Shown piece after piece: positions 23,772 through 37,823 of a stretch of 64,000 bases of DNA (position 1 is the stretch's first letter; the number at the start of each line of letters is the position of its first letter). Below the pieces are notes generated by a model that worked only from the letters and a program-made list of their open reading frames with translations, did not search any database and was not told where the DNA came from. The stretch is from Raillietiella orientalis (taxonomy: Eukaryota), in the NCBI GenBank assembly GCA_036172245.1, contig JAYWIR010000052.1, positions 124,001 through 188,000 on the forward strand. The letters run 5' to 3'. A program made the translations under genes and the position numbers.

Positions 23772-26234
23772 AAGTTGTTCAAAATCTATGTTCTTCATAT
23801 GAAAATTTTTTTCAGCTTCTTTTTATAATAAATGTCGTGAGGGTTGATTATTTTTAAAACTGGAATTACATGTGCTGATAAAATTTCCGGACAAAACGAT
23901 CAAAATCATAAAGCACGTTAGCAGATCATATTTATTTCGACTTCAGGAATCCTAGAAAGTGGTGCTGCATCTAGTGTTAAGTGATTAAGAATTGCATAGA
24001 CTGCACAAGTGAACTGTAATCCCCTGTAACATACAAAGTTGGCTGTTATCTAAGGTTCAGTGTTGCTGTATGTAACCATATTGTTACAGCAACCATAAAA
24101 GGTTGTAAGTATACTGCCATGTAAAAAAAAATGATTCCCAAAGAAACAGCAAATGGATACCCTATTCCACTTGGAAGCAGCCGTTTTCATAAATTACCTG
24201 TGCTCAAACAAGCCTGTGGTTATTTTCTAATAATGTAATCAAATGTGCAGCACCCATCGGACTTAATGTGACCCTCAGAATTTCTCACGTTGAGAGATTT
24301 GGGAACCGTTGCCCGTCAAACCTGAATTTAATTCAAAAGATTCTTGGGAAGACAGCGTTGCATACATGGCTGTTTTTTGGGACCACGGCTGCATTACACA
24401 GTTTCAAATCAACGTTATACAGTACATTACAGATCATGTATGTTCGTCCGCCAGGTTCACCAGAGTCCGACGAGTATCGAACAGTTTTCCGTGGAGGGGG
24501 CCGGGAACAAAAAAAAAAAAAAAAAAAATGCATTTTCGGGCAGTTCGGTAATTACCAAATTTTTACGGCTCATTTCAAAGGTACGAGTTAATAACAGGGA
24601 AAGATATACAACTGCTGATACATACCTGCCCATGAAACATCGAACTACAGTTTGTGCCGCAAAGTGTCGGAATTGCCCCATCTTGGAAACGTAGGATCAG
24701 TGTATTTGCTCCTGTATTTGTCCCCGTATGTTGAGACAAAGGACCTTCGATGTGAAATGTAGAGGAAGAAGAGCAAAAGAAAGAGAGAGAGAGCGGAAAC
24801 GGCTCGTTTCCGAGCGGGTTGTGTACGGACACGTGAGCGATAGATTGTACAAACATGGCAAACGAGGAAACGAGCGACCCACCGCACAGACGTACGAATA
24901 AACTCTCACGTACACAGAGGAGGGGTTGCAGGCAGTTCAACACCATCTCTTGAACGTTTCTTTCTTCTTCTTCTTCTTCCTCTCCTCCTTCCTCTTTCGC
25001 ACCCGTAGCACATATGCAAGCTCGAAGGGAACTTGCATTCAAATGTGGGGAAGCACGAGTGAAAATCTTAAGAACGTGACGAAAAAAAAAAAAACATGGA
25101 AATTACAAGTCCAATCAATAAAAGTTCAAAAATGCTGCTGCTTGTTTTTTTTTTTTTTGTTTTTTTTTTTGTTTTTTTGTGGGGGGGTACTGTACGTGTA
25201 CGCGCAACCCATAGTAAATGACAGTGAGACATCTGAGATTACATGTTGAAAAACTGCATGGTCCATGTCACAGCTGAGACGTCATTTGAGTATGGAGATC
25301 GATAACAACTTTGCAAGTACCAAACTGAGGCTTTGGCTTTCAGACAGACCATGTGCAAGCAGCAAAAGCACTGCCTCCTGTGAGGAACCAATCTGTTTGC
25401 GTAGGTTTTAAAAGATCAAAAATGAGAAGAAGGAGGCGGAAAAAAAAACAAAGAACCAATAAAAGATAGCGGAAATATAGATGAATCATTCTGCTATGAA
25501 TAATTTCCTTTGTCAACTTTACGAAAGGCTTAGGGAGGTCATTGAGGAACGAGATCATTTAAGAACTGCCTTCTTTAAAGCCAACAGCAAGTACGGTACA
25601 CTGCTTGTCTTATTTCACGGAGTGTCCCCTGTCATCTCCAATTTTTCACTAAAAGAAAGCAACAGCCACAAAAGCCTTTTCAGGATGCATAAGAATTATG
25701 GAGCAAAGAGATGATTGGTCTCTCACTTCTACCGGCCAGGCGAAGGATCATTAGCATTAGTGCATACGAAAAAGCAAAACAAAATTCCATAATTTATTGA
25801 CGTCCTTTAAAAGATGAGCAGCAATCTTCCATATTATTTACCAAGCATTTCTTTGAGGAACTGGAAGCACATGACTGAACGCTTCATTCTGTGAGATGGT
25901 ACAGTTATTCGTGAACATACAGAAATCTTTGTCGATTTCATTCATTCTGATGGAAATTCTCTCAAAAATAACAGCACGTTATTTATTTATTTATTTTTTA
26001 TCCTTGAGTTTATCTGCACTTTTACCGACCCTGAATTAAGAGGCGACCCAAGACACCAAATGGCGTTGCCAAATCGTGTTTGATTCGGGAAAATAGGACA
26101 AAAGAGTTGCCGCATTAAAAAAGACTAAAAAAAAATCTGAATGCCACTGATGTTACGTGCCCGAAATATTGGCGATAAGATGAATGACTAAAAGGAGCTT
26201 CAAAATACAAAAAAACAACAACAAATGCCTACCA

Positions 26235-26716
26235 CAGCCGCGGAAAACGTTTTTGGCTCGGCGGGCCACATGTCCGTGAAAGACCTGTGCTGCGGACCAC
26301 AATTTTGCACTTGACTAATGATGATTTTCTAAATCAAAATTTACAACAGACAGCTGTAAAAGAGATTCAAGATAAACCAGAGAAACTATCAGTTTCTTTA
26401 TTCATTCATTATTAGCGCAATTCCAGCGGTCACTCTTCGATCAGCCATCTTGATTTGTCAGTGCCGGAAACGAGCTCCAGAGACCATGTATAAAAAAGCT
26501 GGCAACATAGGTCGACTTTATTCAACAGTCCTATTTCTCGAATCGTTTCATTCAACACTAAGCGCAGCAGATATAGAAAGAAAGCAAAAAAGATCGGAAC
26601 TTCGAATAACACCTGAGAAATTAATGGATGACTTACCCAAATGGATTGAATTTGCAACCAAATATCTCAGAAAAAAAGTCGCAACTTCAGAGAAGCCCCA
26701 AGAGCATCATGAGTAA
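26235..26716 (+). mobile_element. Degenerate hAT (Buster/Charlie-like) DNA transposon fragment
   Basis: Left-end-like CAGCCGCGGAAAACGTTTTTGGCTCGGCGGGCCACAT...GCGGACCACA. ORF AGNIGRLYSTVLFLESFHSTL...KPQEHHE* resembles the hAT C-terminal dimerisation region (A..I..LF.STY.CE..FS.L ... Q.SH*). Right TIR not found. Confidence 0.5.
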
Positions 26717-27308
26717 ACCCTGGATATCTCCGATGCTTCGGGGATGGTGTTTAACCCCAATAGTCCAGGCATCAGTTACTTTTTGTATTTTACATTGTAT
26801 CCAGTCATTTATTTTATCTGCAAACATCTTAAATACATTACACCGATGACATTCCGAGCTATATTTCATGTATCAATCCTTTTTAGTAACACAGTCTAAT
26901 AAGAGCAAAGAAACTTCAAGAATATTTTTCATGTGTTGGCTGGCTCCAGTAAGTTCAAATTTTATGAATGTCACCGTCTTGTGAAAGAAATAAAGTTGAG
27001 CAAACAGACATGTATCAGGAAAATGGTAATGGGAAAAAAAACAAAATGAGTCTATATCTTATTCGATGACGACAATACTTACAGTGAAGCAGAGAATGAA
27101 GTTTCTTAGTAGATAACAAAAACCTTAACGTAATAAATGATGCAATAAAAAACTCAATTATCAGAACACTCCAATATTGGGAAAAATTCTTGAAAGGACC
27201 TGAAAAAAATTAAACGAAAGAGGAAATTGTCTGCTTTGATTTGCTCCTTGTGATTTTGGCACTTTTGATGAAAGCAAATATTTTATAAACCAAGGAAGCA
27301 TTTTTCCC

Positions 27309-27348
<40 letters not shown>

Positions 27349-28628
27349 AATAGCAATAATAGAAAAATAAAAAAATGGCCATATTGATAAAATCGGAAAT
27401 GGCATTTTCCGCTAAAGGACATATTCCGCTACACAGGCGGAAATACCATTTTACAAATGGCTGCTCATACCGGGAAGAGCGTGCCCTTATGATTAAGGAA
27501 AAGCATTGATTCCATGTAACCATTATTTAATTCTGGAAAACGAGTAACTTCATAAGAGGCGTGAAAAATGAAAGCTTGGAATGTAAATAACATCGGTGAT
27601 GAATTTCGTGAAGTGAACATGACCGTGGACTGTCGAGTGTGAACATTTGCTGGTGGACAAAGTGCCTCACTCTGAACAGGACGGAATCATCATCATTTCC
27701 CATTCCTTTCATTTCGAAACAGAAGCACCACAGAAGGGCGTTGCATTAACCCACTATGCGAAGTTTTGGTACAGGTGCTTGAAAGAGTAAAGCTGTCGTA
27801 ATCAAGAAATCTTTCGAAATAATAAAAATGAAAAAACAGTAGCCTTTAATTAAAAAAAATCTTTAATCACTTTACCATGATGCAAAAAATTTATTAAGTT
27901 TTCTTTTTTTAGAAAAAAGACTCCAGTAAAATATAGGGGAAGATATAACTAAGGGCTATTATCATGAAGCACCCTCTATTCTATTCCAGTGAACTTCTTC
28001 TCCTGAGCCAAGTATCAGAAACATGAGATTTCCGAACAGGCAGATTCCAGCAGAAACGTAAAAAATCGTGTGCCAGCTGTCAAAACTTTGCTAAAAATAG
28101 GAAACCATTTTTTACATGAGCCATGGTACGGAACGCTTTGTACAATGAGCGTCGCCGCCGCGCGGGCGAACGAAGTAATTACGGTCAAGGGTTACCGACT
28201 CCGCGTTGACAAGAAAAATCGAAATCCCAGCCATCTGCAGAAGTCTGGAATCTGTTTGTTCGGGGACACGAATTTCCCCCTCGGTGTTCCCTTTCTAAGA
28301 GTGTCCGGCATGTGTCACGATCGTTCTCACAGTGTATCAAATTTTGCGTCGCGCTCATATCAATTTCGGCCAGCCAAACATCCTGGGATGATAAAATGGG
28401 GAAAGTTGGTCCGCAGTCCGTCTCCACGCCCATCGTTTCAGTTCCCTCGTGCACCCATCACAGACACGAGAAAGAAAGGGAAAAAAAACAGAGAGAGAGG
28501 CAGACAGCAAAATCAGCGCTGACAGCCGCCTGTCGCACGTCTGAAGACCGACGTGAATTGCAACCGACGAAGTCGAAACTTTAGTCATTGCTTCACTCTA
28601 ATGCTTCATTAATTTCGGATAGATTCTA

Positions 28629-28661
<33 letters not shown>

Positions 28662-31600
28662 CAGTTTCATTTCATGTCGAGATTTTTTTTTTTTTTCGAG
28701 TGAAAAAAGGGTGCGCTCATCACGGGCTGCTTATGGTTTCCGTTATCTTACGAAACTGCGGAGATGCAATATCTCAAATGGGAGGAAAACGAAATGTCCC
28801 CTCGGTGCACAGAGCTCCGTGTAATTTGCCGAAACTGATATTACGTCAACTGAATTATACAGACGTGGCTTATCTGCCGGTAGAAAAGCATGCGTACCCT
28901 CATATGCTTGCGAAATACTGCACATCCATCGTGGTACTTGTAGATTGGTAACCTCGAAATTCCCTTTTTTTGATGTACAGAACGCTCAACAGGATACTGA
29001 TGGCCCAAATACCAAATATACGTCTGTCTCGCAAACCCAGGAAGACATGAGGATACGTGCCATACATATGGTAGGAATGTAAATACACGCCTCGAAAACA
29101 AGCAGAATACATAAAGTATCCATTTATTTATTTACTTATTTAAAAAAAAAAAAATCAGAGAAAATCCCAAGCTATGAGACTGTACGTTCATTTTCAGACC
29201 AAGAGTCAAAACGAGATTTAAAATTTAGAATTTTTGCCATTCTAAGAACCCGAGGATTTGCTCTGGTGCGAAAAGACTGGAAAAAAGCATGCGTACGTAC
29301 ACATCCGGTGGTGTACAAATGGACTGGTTTCAGCCCGTTTAGCCTCGATACGAGAACGGAAAAACGAATTTGCGGTGCATGGTGCTTATTTTCAAGGGTC
29401 ACCATGTGAAGGGCAGTTTTGTTTCCCAGGAGAGCGTGGGCACAACCTTTGAGCGGGTGCTCTTGAGGGGGAGAGGGCAGGACCGGAAACGCTCCTTGAG
29501 CCTTGTTTCGCAACAGGCTTCCCAATACAGCTTTTGGATTTGTGTCGTCGTAAGAACGAAAAAGGGAGATCCCATCGCAGAAGACTGGATTTACGGCTGC
29601 GTGCACAACACTGCATGAAACGTAATCTCAGAGATCACAAAAATTCAGAAACCGTTGCATAAGCAAACAGCTTGCTGCAATGTACTGGCGAAAAAAAAAA
29701 AAAAAAAAAAGATCGGTAATGATGAAAAGGTGCCAGAAAACTTTCTTGCCCCTCTTTCGTGTATGTCGCTGCTCCTCCGAGGTTCCGGACGCATCTATGT
29801 GTTTCCGTGTGGTGTGCCCTCAGTGGTCTCGGATTTTTTGTACTTCACCAAATACTCTTGTATTTCTTTGGAGAGAGGTATTCCAGAACACGCCTTGGGC
29901 TTTGAACGCGTAACTGCGGGGTAATACGGATGTTTTGGCTGTGCGAAAACTAAGAAATAAAATAAGATAAAACTCAGAGTAGGCTATGATCAATTTTCGT
30001 GTTGCATAAAATGTGTGAACAAAACGACACTCGAACTAAGCCAACCATCGGAAAATTCACCCCTATAACTTTCCAAAAAAAAATGACTGGTTTGTCCTTA
30101 ACCATGAGACCGGCCGTTAAGCATGTGGTGTGTGCGTGCAAAGTACGGTTTATGTGGAAAACACACACAAAAACAAATACCATCAAGAATAGGAACTTGA
30201 AATTCGCCTTTCACGAATGTGTCCCTCAGGGACCTGGACAGAGGGACAAATGTTTCTGTGGACCACACACACATGCAAAAATTCAAACTGCACCGTGTTG
30301 CAGAATGTTGCCGAAAACAGCAGAGAAACAAACAAAAACTACGGCTTCACACATGAATTATTTGTGAAACAAGTGGGAAACATGAAAATCTCATCTCAAG
30401 TGCTTTTATCGCTCCCCTAGATGGGATTTACGGTTGGGAAAAATTGTACCACGGCCACTGAAACCATGCATGTCACAGTGAACATGCATCTGTAACATTT
30501 GGAATGGCATTTTTCGGTATGAAGTTGCTGTCATATGTCTATAAAGCCACAGAATACCTCCCAATCTAGAAGACAAAGCAACAGTCAGTGTGCAGTGAAA
30601 AAAGCCGCTGATGGTGTACGAATACAAAATGACAACAAAATTCCTAAAATATGAGGATGTTTAATAGTGTTGAGAAGTAAATCTGGGTAAGAGTTCGGGT
30701 TTGCAGAATGGCAATAGAACTCCCAAGATTTCTAATAATAATTTTCAAAAGGATGGATTCCTGTTTGCTTGTTTTTATCTTGTGCGACATAAATGATTTT
30801 AGCATCATATATTTATAACATTTCTTATTTAGCTGTTCTTCTATTCCTTGAAACATATTATCCTAATCCTCTAAGGGTGTTAATCATCATATTCTCTTGT
30901 TTTTTGAAAATTCTATTCCCCTTGCATGAATAAATATGTGTTAATCTGGCTTTATTTTCATGTATGATACGAAAATTTTCCGCTACATGTATTCCATTGC
31001 ATTTGAAAGTGTTTTACTTTCTGCTCTACGCTCATCTAAGATAATGGTGCCAACTTAGAGTGAATACAAAGCTTCCACACACATTTTCGTTTTGTTTGCT
31101 TCTCCAATATGAGATTCTTGCTTAGTTACTCGTGTTTCAAATACACGAGGTTCAAAATGAACGAGAAAAACGTTGCTTCCTCACTTTTTAACTTATAATA
31201 GTCAAAGATCTTAAGCATTTAATGACATCAACACCACATAGTCCTGATCTAATGCCACAGTTTGCTATAGCAATAGATGTTTTATTTCAAAATGCATCAT
31301 TCACAAGGCAGGTAATCAATCATACATGTATATGAAAATTTCATTACATGACAGATGACATTTTGAAGTATATTTTTACTTCTTTGTGTGGTAGCCTTTT
31401 TTGTTTTTGTAATTCAAAAATTATTTTATGAATATTATTTCGACCATGCACTTGTCATTTGCTGAATTCTAACAGACAACTTGCGTCACAAAGGGTTTTT
31501 TTTACAACCCAAGGATTTGTGCTGCCTCAGCTGACAAAACTTTTTCACACAAACTTTAAACTCAATTCATAAAAAGGCAGACTTCCCCGTAATTTTTTCC

Positions 31601-31773
31601 CTATTTTACCAAGTATTTATGATATTTTGAAAGACTTATGTGCAGTCAGTTTCAGAGAACGGGGATCTAAGTATATTATGTAAATATTTACAGACTTATA
31701 ATGGACAAGGAAACTTACAAATCAGCTAGTGAACTTCAAGACACACTTTTATTGGATTTTCTCTAATAATGAC

Positions 31774-34700
31774 TTAACTTACCTTGTTGTTTGTCATATA
31801 TCCTACAAAATAGGGTGCAAAAATGCCTGTTAATGTTGCCATTGTATTTGTTAATCCCATAAGTATTCCTGCATAATTTGAAGCAATATCAATATGATTT
31901 GCAGCATATCCAGAATAACATGCTCCCGGGAAACCAATTGCTATGCAGAGCAGCAAAATGACTGCAACAGTGTTACAATTCGCCCATGTAATACCTATTA
32001 CAGCCAATGCGGGAAAAGTTGTTCCTGAAAGATACGAATCAAGCTTCAAAAAATCTATAAAGCATATTCACCAATGCAATTGAACAATTTTCGTGTAGAA
32101 GTTGTACTGAGGATGTCTTTTGCTCTGAGCACATCAGCAATCCAGCTGGAAACACATGCAACAAAGCAGAAATTAAGGTACGGAATGGAGGATATCATAG
32201 CATCCTAAGGAAGTGATTTTTTCATGGGCTTGTAATACACTTTTACACACCTGCTCAAGACTAAGCCCAAGAACTTTTTTCATATATGTGGGAAGTTCTG
32301 TTACCAGAGTATAAAAGTTCCAACTTGAACCCATTTGTGCTAGGATTATGCCCCACACTGGACAACTAGTAAGGATACTAAACCAAGGAACTTTAAGCTA
32401 AAATTGTTGTAATTACTACAGTCAGCTGAAAATTCTTACAGATTTCTGAATTTCAACACAGTGCAAAGATTGACGTATAAACATCTGTTCATCAGGATGG
32501 ATAAAAGGATGAACTGAAGGAGAATCATACACAAGAATAACCCAGAAAACCATCCAAATAATTGTGACACAACCAAATACGTAGAATGCTGATGGCCACC
32601 CACCAAATAATGAAGACTGGCATAACATTCCAGTCACAGGCAAAGAAACAACTATACCGATTGAAGTGCCTAAAATATGATTTCGTACTGGGAATGCACA
32701 AAAGAGAAATGTACCTGCATATACAAATGCAGCTATTTTACTTCGTTCCATAGGAGGACTCCATTTTGCTAATAAGGAATGTGTTGCAGGAAATATCACT
32801 CCCTAATGAGGAAAAAAATGATGGCACATAAATTAGAATATACAGTGAACTTCAACATTACTGTTGAAATCCAATGAAAGGCACTGTCTTTGAAAATAAT
32901 ACTAGATACGCATCAAATATCTTAAGAATACTAAGCAAATAAACTTTTTATATAAATAAAACTTAAGAATCAGCACAGATGTTTCATAAGGATTCTCATA
33001 TTAAATAGTATTTATGAATTCTATCACTGCCTTTATTCACTTGTCATAATCACTTATTTAAAATTTGGATTACTCTACTACTGCATAGGAAATCAAATTG
33101 AATTTTGAAATATCAAGTTGAAACAAGTTTGGAGTCTGTACACTTTGTTAGTATTGGCAAAACAACACAAAACAACAGAAACAGGACACAAGCAGTTATA
33201 TCAAGAGACAATGGACTTGAGGAAACAGAAGCGCATGGCATGCACACTTAAATATGTTGAGATGGGAAATCACATTATGAAATAATGTACATAAGTAAAC
33301 AACACAACAAATTTCTGCTTATGCAAAGCACATATCCGTAAAAACTCCCGATTTAATCAAACAGGGCACTACACAATTTTTAGAATTCTCCAACAAGATA
33401 CGAATAGTTTCTCTTATTATTCATATGAAGGCACCAAGAAAAGATAAAACTCAACTCCTGCAGTTTGAAGTGAGATGAAACAATTTGAGAAGATCCTAAG
33501 GCTGAAAGAATCAAACGAAATGCAATAATACATAATCAAATGGGATTTTCAACACAATAAATTGAAGGGAAAGAAACACAGTAAAAAATACTCAAAATTC
33601 CTTTAAAATGCGGTACAGAACTTTGAAAGAAAATGGAAGAAATGGTAGTTGAAAAAACTTGAAAGGGAAAATCAATAAAAAAACAAGGATACATTATTCT
33701 TGCTTATTGACATCTTAAAAGAGCTTAATCAAGTTGCTTTCTTTCAGAAGGAAAAAAAGCATATATGCAGGAACTTGAAAATACAAACCGTAAATGTGGA
33801 GCGAATATTATCAGAACACATAAATAGTGGATCACACACAAGATGACTACAAAAAATCAGTTCATTTAATGCTAATACATAAAGTGCAGTTTCAGTCCTA
33901 TTAGCTGTAGATTCAACAACTTTGTTATCTATGGTCTGCAGTCTTCATAACTTACGTAACATATTTTCCATATGAGATGGATTGGGTATTATTTCTTATT
34001 GTTTGGTTATTTTTTGTATAAGTCGTGGTTTCATAAAATACATTTCATAAAATATGTTAAGGAGCCATTATTACATATGATGGCTTATTCTCAAACATTA
34101 ACAACCCTATTATCTTAAATACCCTAACAAGTTTATTTTCTAGTGCATGATTATCACTTGATAAGTGTATGCAGCTAAGGAGATGCCAAAGTATAAGAGT
34201 TGAATCCAGCAGTTTGCATGCAAATGGTTTACTTCAGTCTATAAAGACCCAGTATGTATGTAAAATTGAGTGAATAAAATATCACAAATCTTACTTCGTT
34301 TCCACAATTTTGTTTACAGGGTCCATTGATTGTTTATTGACATAAAAATTCCAGGCATGTCATCCTGTGATGAGGTCTCATATCCAGTTCATTTTAAATT
34401 TGGATTGTAAACCTATTCTCATAATCTCAACTTTGTATTTTCTCACAATATTCAAATGCATATCCTACTGATGTGAATACCTCCCGTGTTTAAACTTGTT
34501 TGCATGAAGCTCTATTGTCATACATTGTCTATTGTATAATATACTTTGTCTATTGTTTGTCTTATCAATTTCTAATTGTCAAAGTGCAGCACATATTAGT
34601 GATAAAAGTTAATATACTTTAAATGTACATACACACATAGCTATGCACATACATGAACTCTGGTGTTTCACCTAAGCACAGAAAATGTAAAAAGAAACTG

Positions 34701-36104
34701 CTGTAGCAATTGTATAGTTTCTTAAATTTGCATGTTTTGAAAGAAAGCAGAGTAAACTTAGCAATACATAGCTATAATGACAAAGGAAAACACAGATGGA
34801 AAGGTGAGACAATGAAAATTCTTTTGAATGCACAGAAAAGGCCATCATTAAAACAATTACATGGATACATGTGGTTGGAAACATAAATGTAACTGAAACC
34901 TACCTCACTTAAACCTTCAATTACTCGAATGGCAATAAGAAAGCTTGCACCCGTCCTTGCAGCTAATGGAGTCAGTAAAGTACACACTGTTGTAATCAAA
35001 CAGCCAAGACAATAAGTCCATTTAGCACTATACTTTTGACATATCATACCACCAGGTATTTGACTAACAAAATAACCCCAATAAAAAGATCCTAATATAA
35101 TGCTTTGTGTCTGTACATCCCATTCGAATTCACCTTTCTGCAGAATTATATATTGCAAAATAAATGTTTTAGTAAACTGCAGTTAGAGGTTCATATACTC
35201 ACAAAGGAACTACCATAACTGATGTAACTAGCAAATGTAAAAAGCACATTAGTCCGTTGAGTACTGTAATTACAACTTCCAGACGAATGATCAGATGAAC
35301 TATTTGTCAAAGCAACAATCACAAGACTCAGATTGGTTCTCATGGCATACAAGTTCACGAATCCAAAAAACCCCAAAAGCACCATCACATATCTACAAGG
35401 AATGGGGCAAATCTCTAAAATATTCTTTGTGAAAACTTCGAGGCTTTGTCAATTTCATTACAATCCACAAATATTGTAAAACTTCCGTTTAAATGATTGC
35501 TAGATTATTTAATCATTTTTTTTTTTTTTTGTAAAGAAAGTAATAATCATTGAAACTGCACTTAAGACATGGTCATCTTGTGCACACAGACGCCGGCCAG
35601 ATTTCCGATTGCCTTTAATTTTCAACATATTTAAGCACAGAATTCAACTTTATAAAAAGACTCAAAATTCCATTCACATATCACTGAAGCACAGTGCATG
35701 GAGCAAAATCGTACAAACTGTTACAAAAATACTTTCACGCAAAACAAACCAACATCTAAACGTTAATTTTCGCCTCAAAGTAAATTTCAAAATTCTCTGC
35801 TGGCATTAAACTGTGCATAACAATTCACGTACGGTACATGCAGGCAAAAACACGCCTGCACGCTGTACTGTACGGCATACCCCGATCGTCCGAATGAAAA
35901 CCCAACATATGGAATCGACAAGAGCTGACAAACCGTCGACCCAAGAGCAAAACAGCAAGAGTGATTACTTGATCTGCTGGTTGCAGTCGGTACATCTCCG
36001 AGGTCCCCATCCGTGTCCGACAGCAGCCCCACGGCGCTGTCCGTCGACCAGGAAACCATGGGCGGGCTGCCGGCCTCCTCGTCGTCCTCCACGAGCGCCG
36101 CCAT
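31774..36104 (-). CDS. SLC17 family MFS anion transporter (sialin/Picot-like), multi-exon; terminal exon not located
   Basis: [133 protein letters not shown]. Confidence 0.9.
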
Positions 36105-37744
36105 CGCGCTGCTCCGTCCCAGAAGACTGATTCACTCTTCGTCGTCAGATGTGCGGGGAACGTTTCGAAACTGATATCTGAAGCAAAGATCAAGGTTGCA
36201 GCTCAAGAATGCAGGAAAAATACGATCTCGGCTACGAAACGATTTTCTTCTTTTTTTTTTTTAAAAAAAAAAAGGCAATACAGCTTTCGGTTCCCTCGAA
36301 CCCGTTTCATACAGCCTTCCCCCCCCCCCCACCCCATCCTTCTGTTCCTTCGTTTACTCCCTTCTTTCGTCTTCTTTCTTCCTTTCGTTTCATGCTTCGT
36401 CCTTTCGTAAGGGCCACTTTCCGCTGTGGAGAGGCTGGTGGGGGACTCTCTCTCATCTCGAGCAATTTCCAGCACTGATGGGAGTGGGCACTCCGTTCCA
36501 ATTAGGTTCCAATAAGGAAGAAACTTTGCTGTCCCCTTTGGATTTCATCTTCGTTTCAATCAGAAAAATTGGCGATTTTCGTGAATATTTTTTGGTGTGG
36601 TATTTCCAAGAAGGTACGCTTTCTTTTACCCATTAGTAAGAGTGATCGGAAGGAGACCTCAGTGTATCGGAGTTCCGAAGCAGATTTCCTGAAGAACGTT
36701 TCAAAGAGCACGCATGTTAAAAAGGTTGACGAAGGTTGGCAAGTCTCATCTTATTCGTCGCATTCTTCATCACTCACTGGCGTATCGAACCCTGAATTGT
36801 AAGTGAAGAAGAATATCCCAAGTATTCAAAATCCGATCTACGAAATCAATAACTTCGATGGAATCTTCAAACGAGAACTTTCCTTACATGTTTCTTTCCT
36901 CGAGGAGGAATTTCCTTGCCTCCTTCGATGCTCAAGATGAACTTATGCACTGCCATTAAAGATTAATGCTGAGATCTACTTTTCAAGCTAAATGCATTTC
37001 TTTCTGAAGGGGAAAAAGGGTATTTTCACACGAAAGATTGTATTTTGTTATTTTATACTGAAATGGCTGTTGTTTCAGAAAATAGTTTTCCGTAACGTCT
37101 TAAGCACACCTCCTACTGCTGCATTGAACTGACGTGATAGCCTGGAGTTATAAGTATTCACGAAGTTGCAATTTGAAATCTCTTCTTACTTTTTCATTGA
37201 ATTATTCGTTGACTGAGAAAAAAGTTTTTATGTGACAAAAATGAATCTGACAGCTTCAGCTTCATTCAGGGCTCATCTTAAATTGTAATAAAACATGAAA
37301 CTGTGAATGAAATTATACATATGTTATTGCATATGTATAATTGCATTTCATCTGAAGGCAAGGGAAAAGAATATCTAGTGTGTTTGCATTTATTGCTTCC
37401 TTCTGAACCAAATCCTTGATGAGATCACGTTGGAATGGAGAAGTAGTCTTTCACGGGTCCAAGGGACAAATGAATGATTTCTGAAAGAGTTTTATCTGGA
37501 GCTCTAAGATACTCCTCTAGTTGGATACCTATGTGCTTTTCCAGTTCACGAAAACTCAGCAAGAAACGCAGGAATTTCTGTGGTGTTACGTCCACGCGAC
37601 AATTTTTTTTTTTTGCCACTCCTGTACGCTCCTTTTTTCAAAATTTGTTGCGTGAGGGTTTCGATAAGTGTAAACACATTAATAGCGGAATTATTTAAAA
37701 AGATGAAAAAGATGCTAAAGATAGTTTTCTTCATAACCTATTGG

Positions 37745-37823
37745 TTTTTTTTTTTTTTTTTTTTTTAAAGGCGAGTAGCGACCCCACAAGGAGATCGCTA
37801 CTATCGGCCTAGGGCGCTGGAAA
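37745..37823 (-). mobile_element. 5'-truncated retroposon copy (3' hairpin plus poly(A) only), related to the SINE at 39001-39752
   Basis: T22 followed by AAAGGCGAGTAGCGACC...CCTAGGGCGCTGGAAA on +, alignable by eye to AAAGGCCAGTAGCGACC...CCTAGGATGATGGAAA at 39012-39063. Confidence 0.75.

Noticed and set aside
33150..33760. Decayed LINE endonuclease (MG-FN-like and ENG-like traces) in the SLC17 intron
   Set aside because: Requires several frameshifts and cannot be supported without a profile search.
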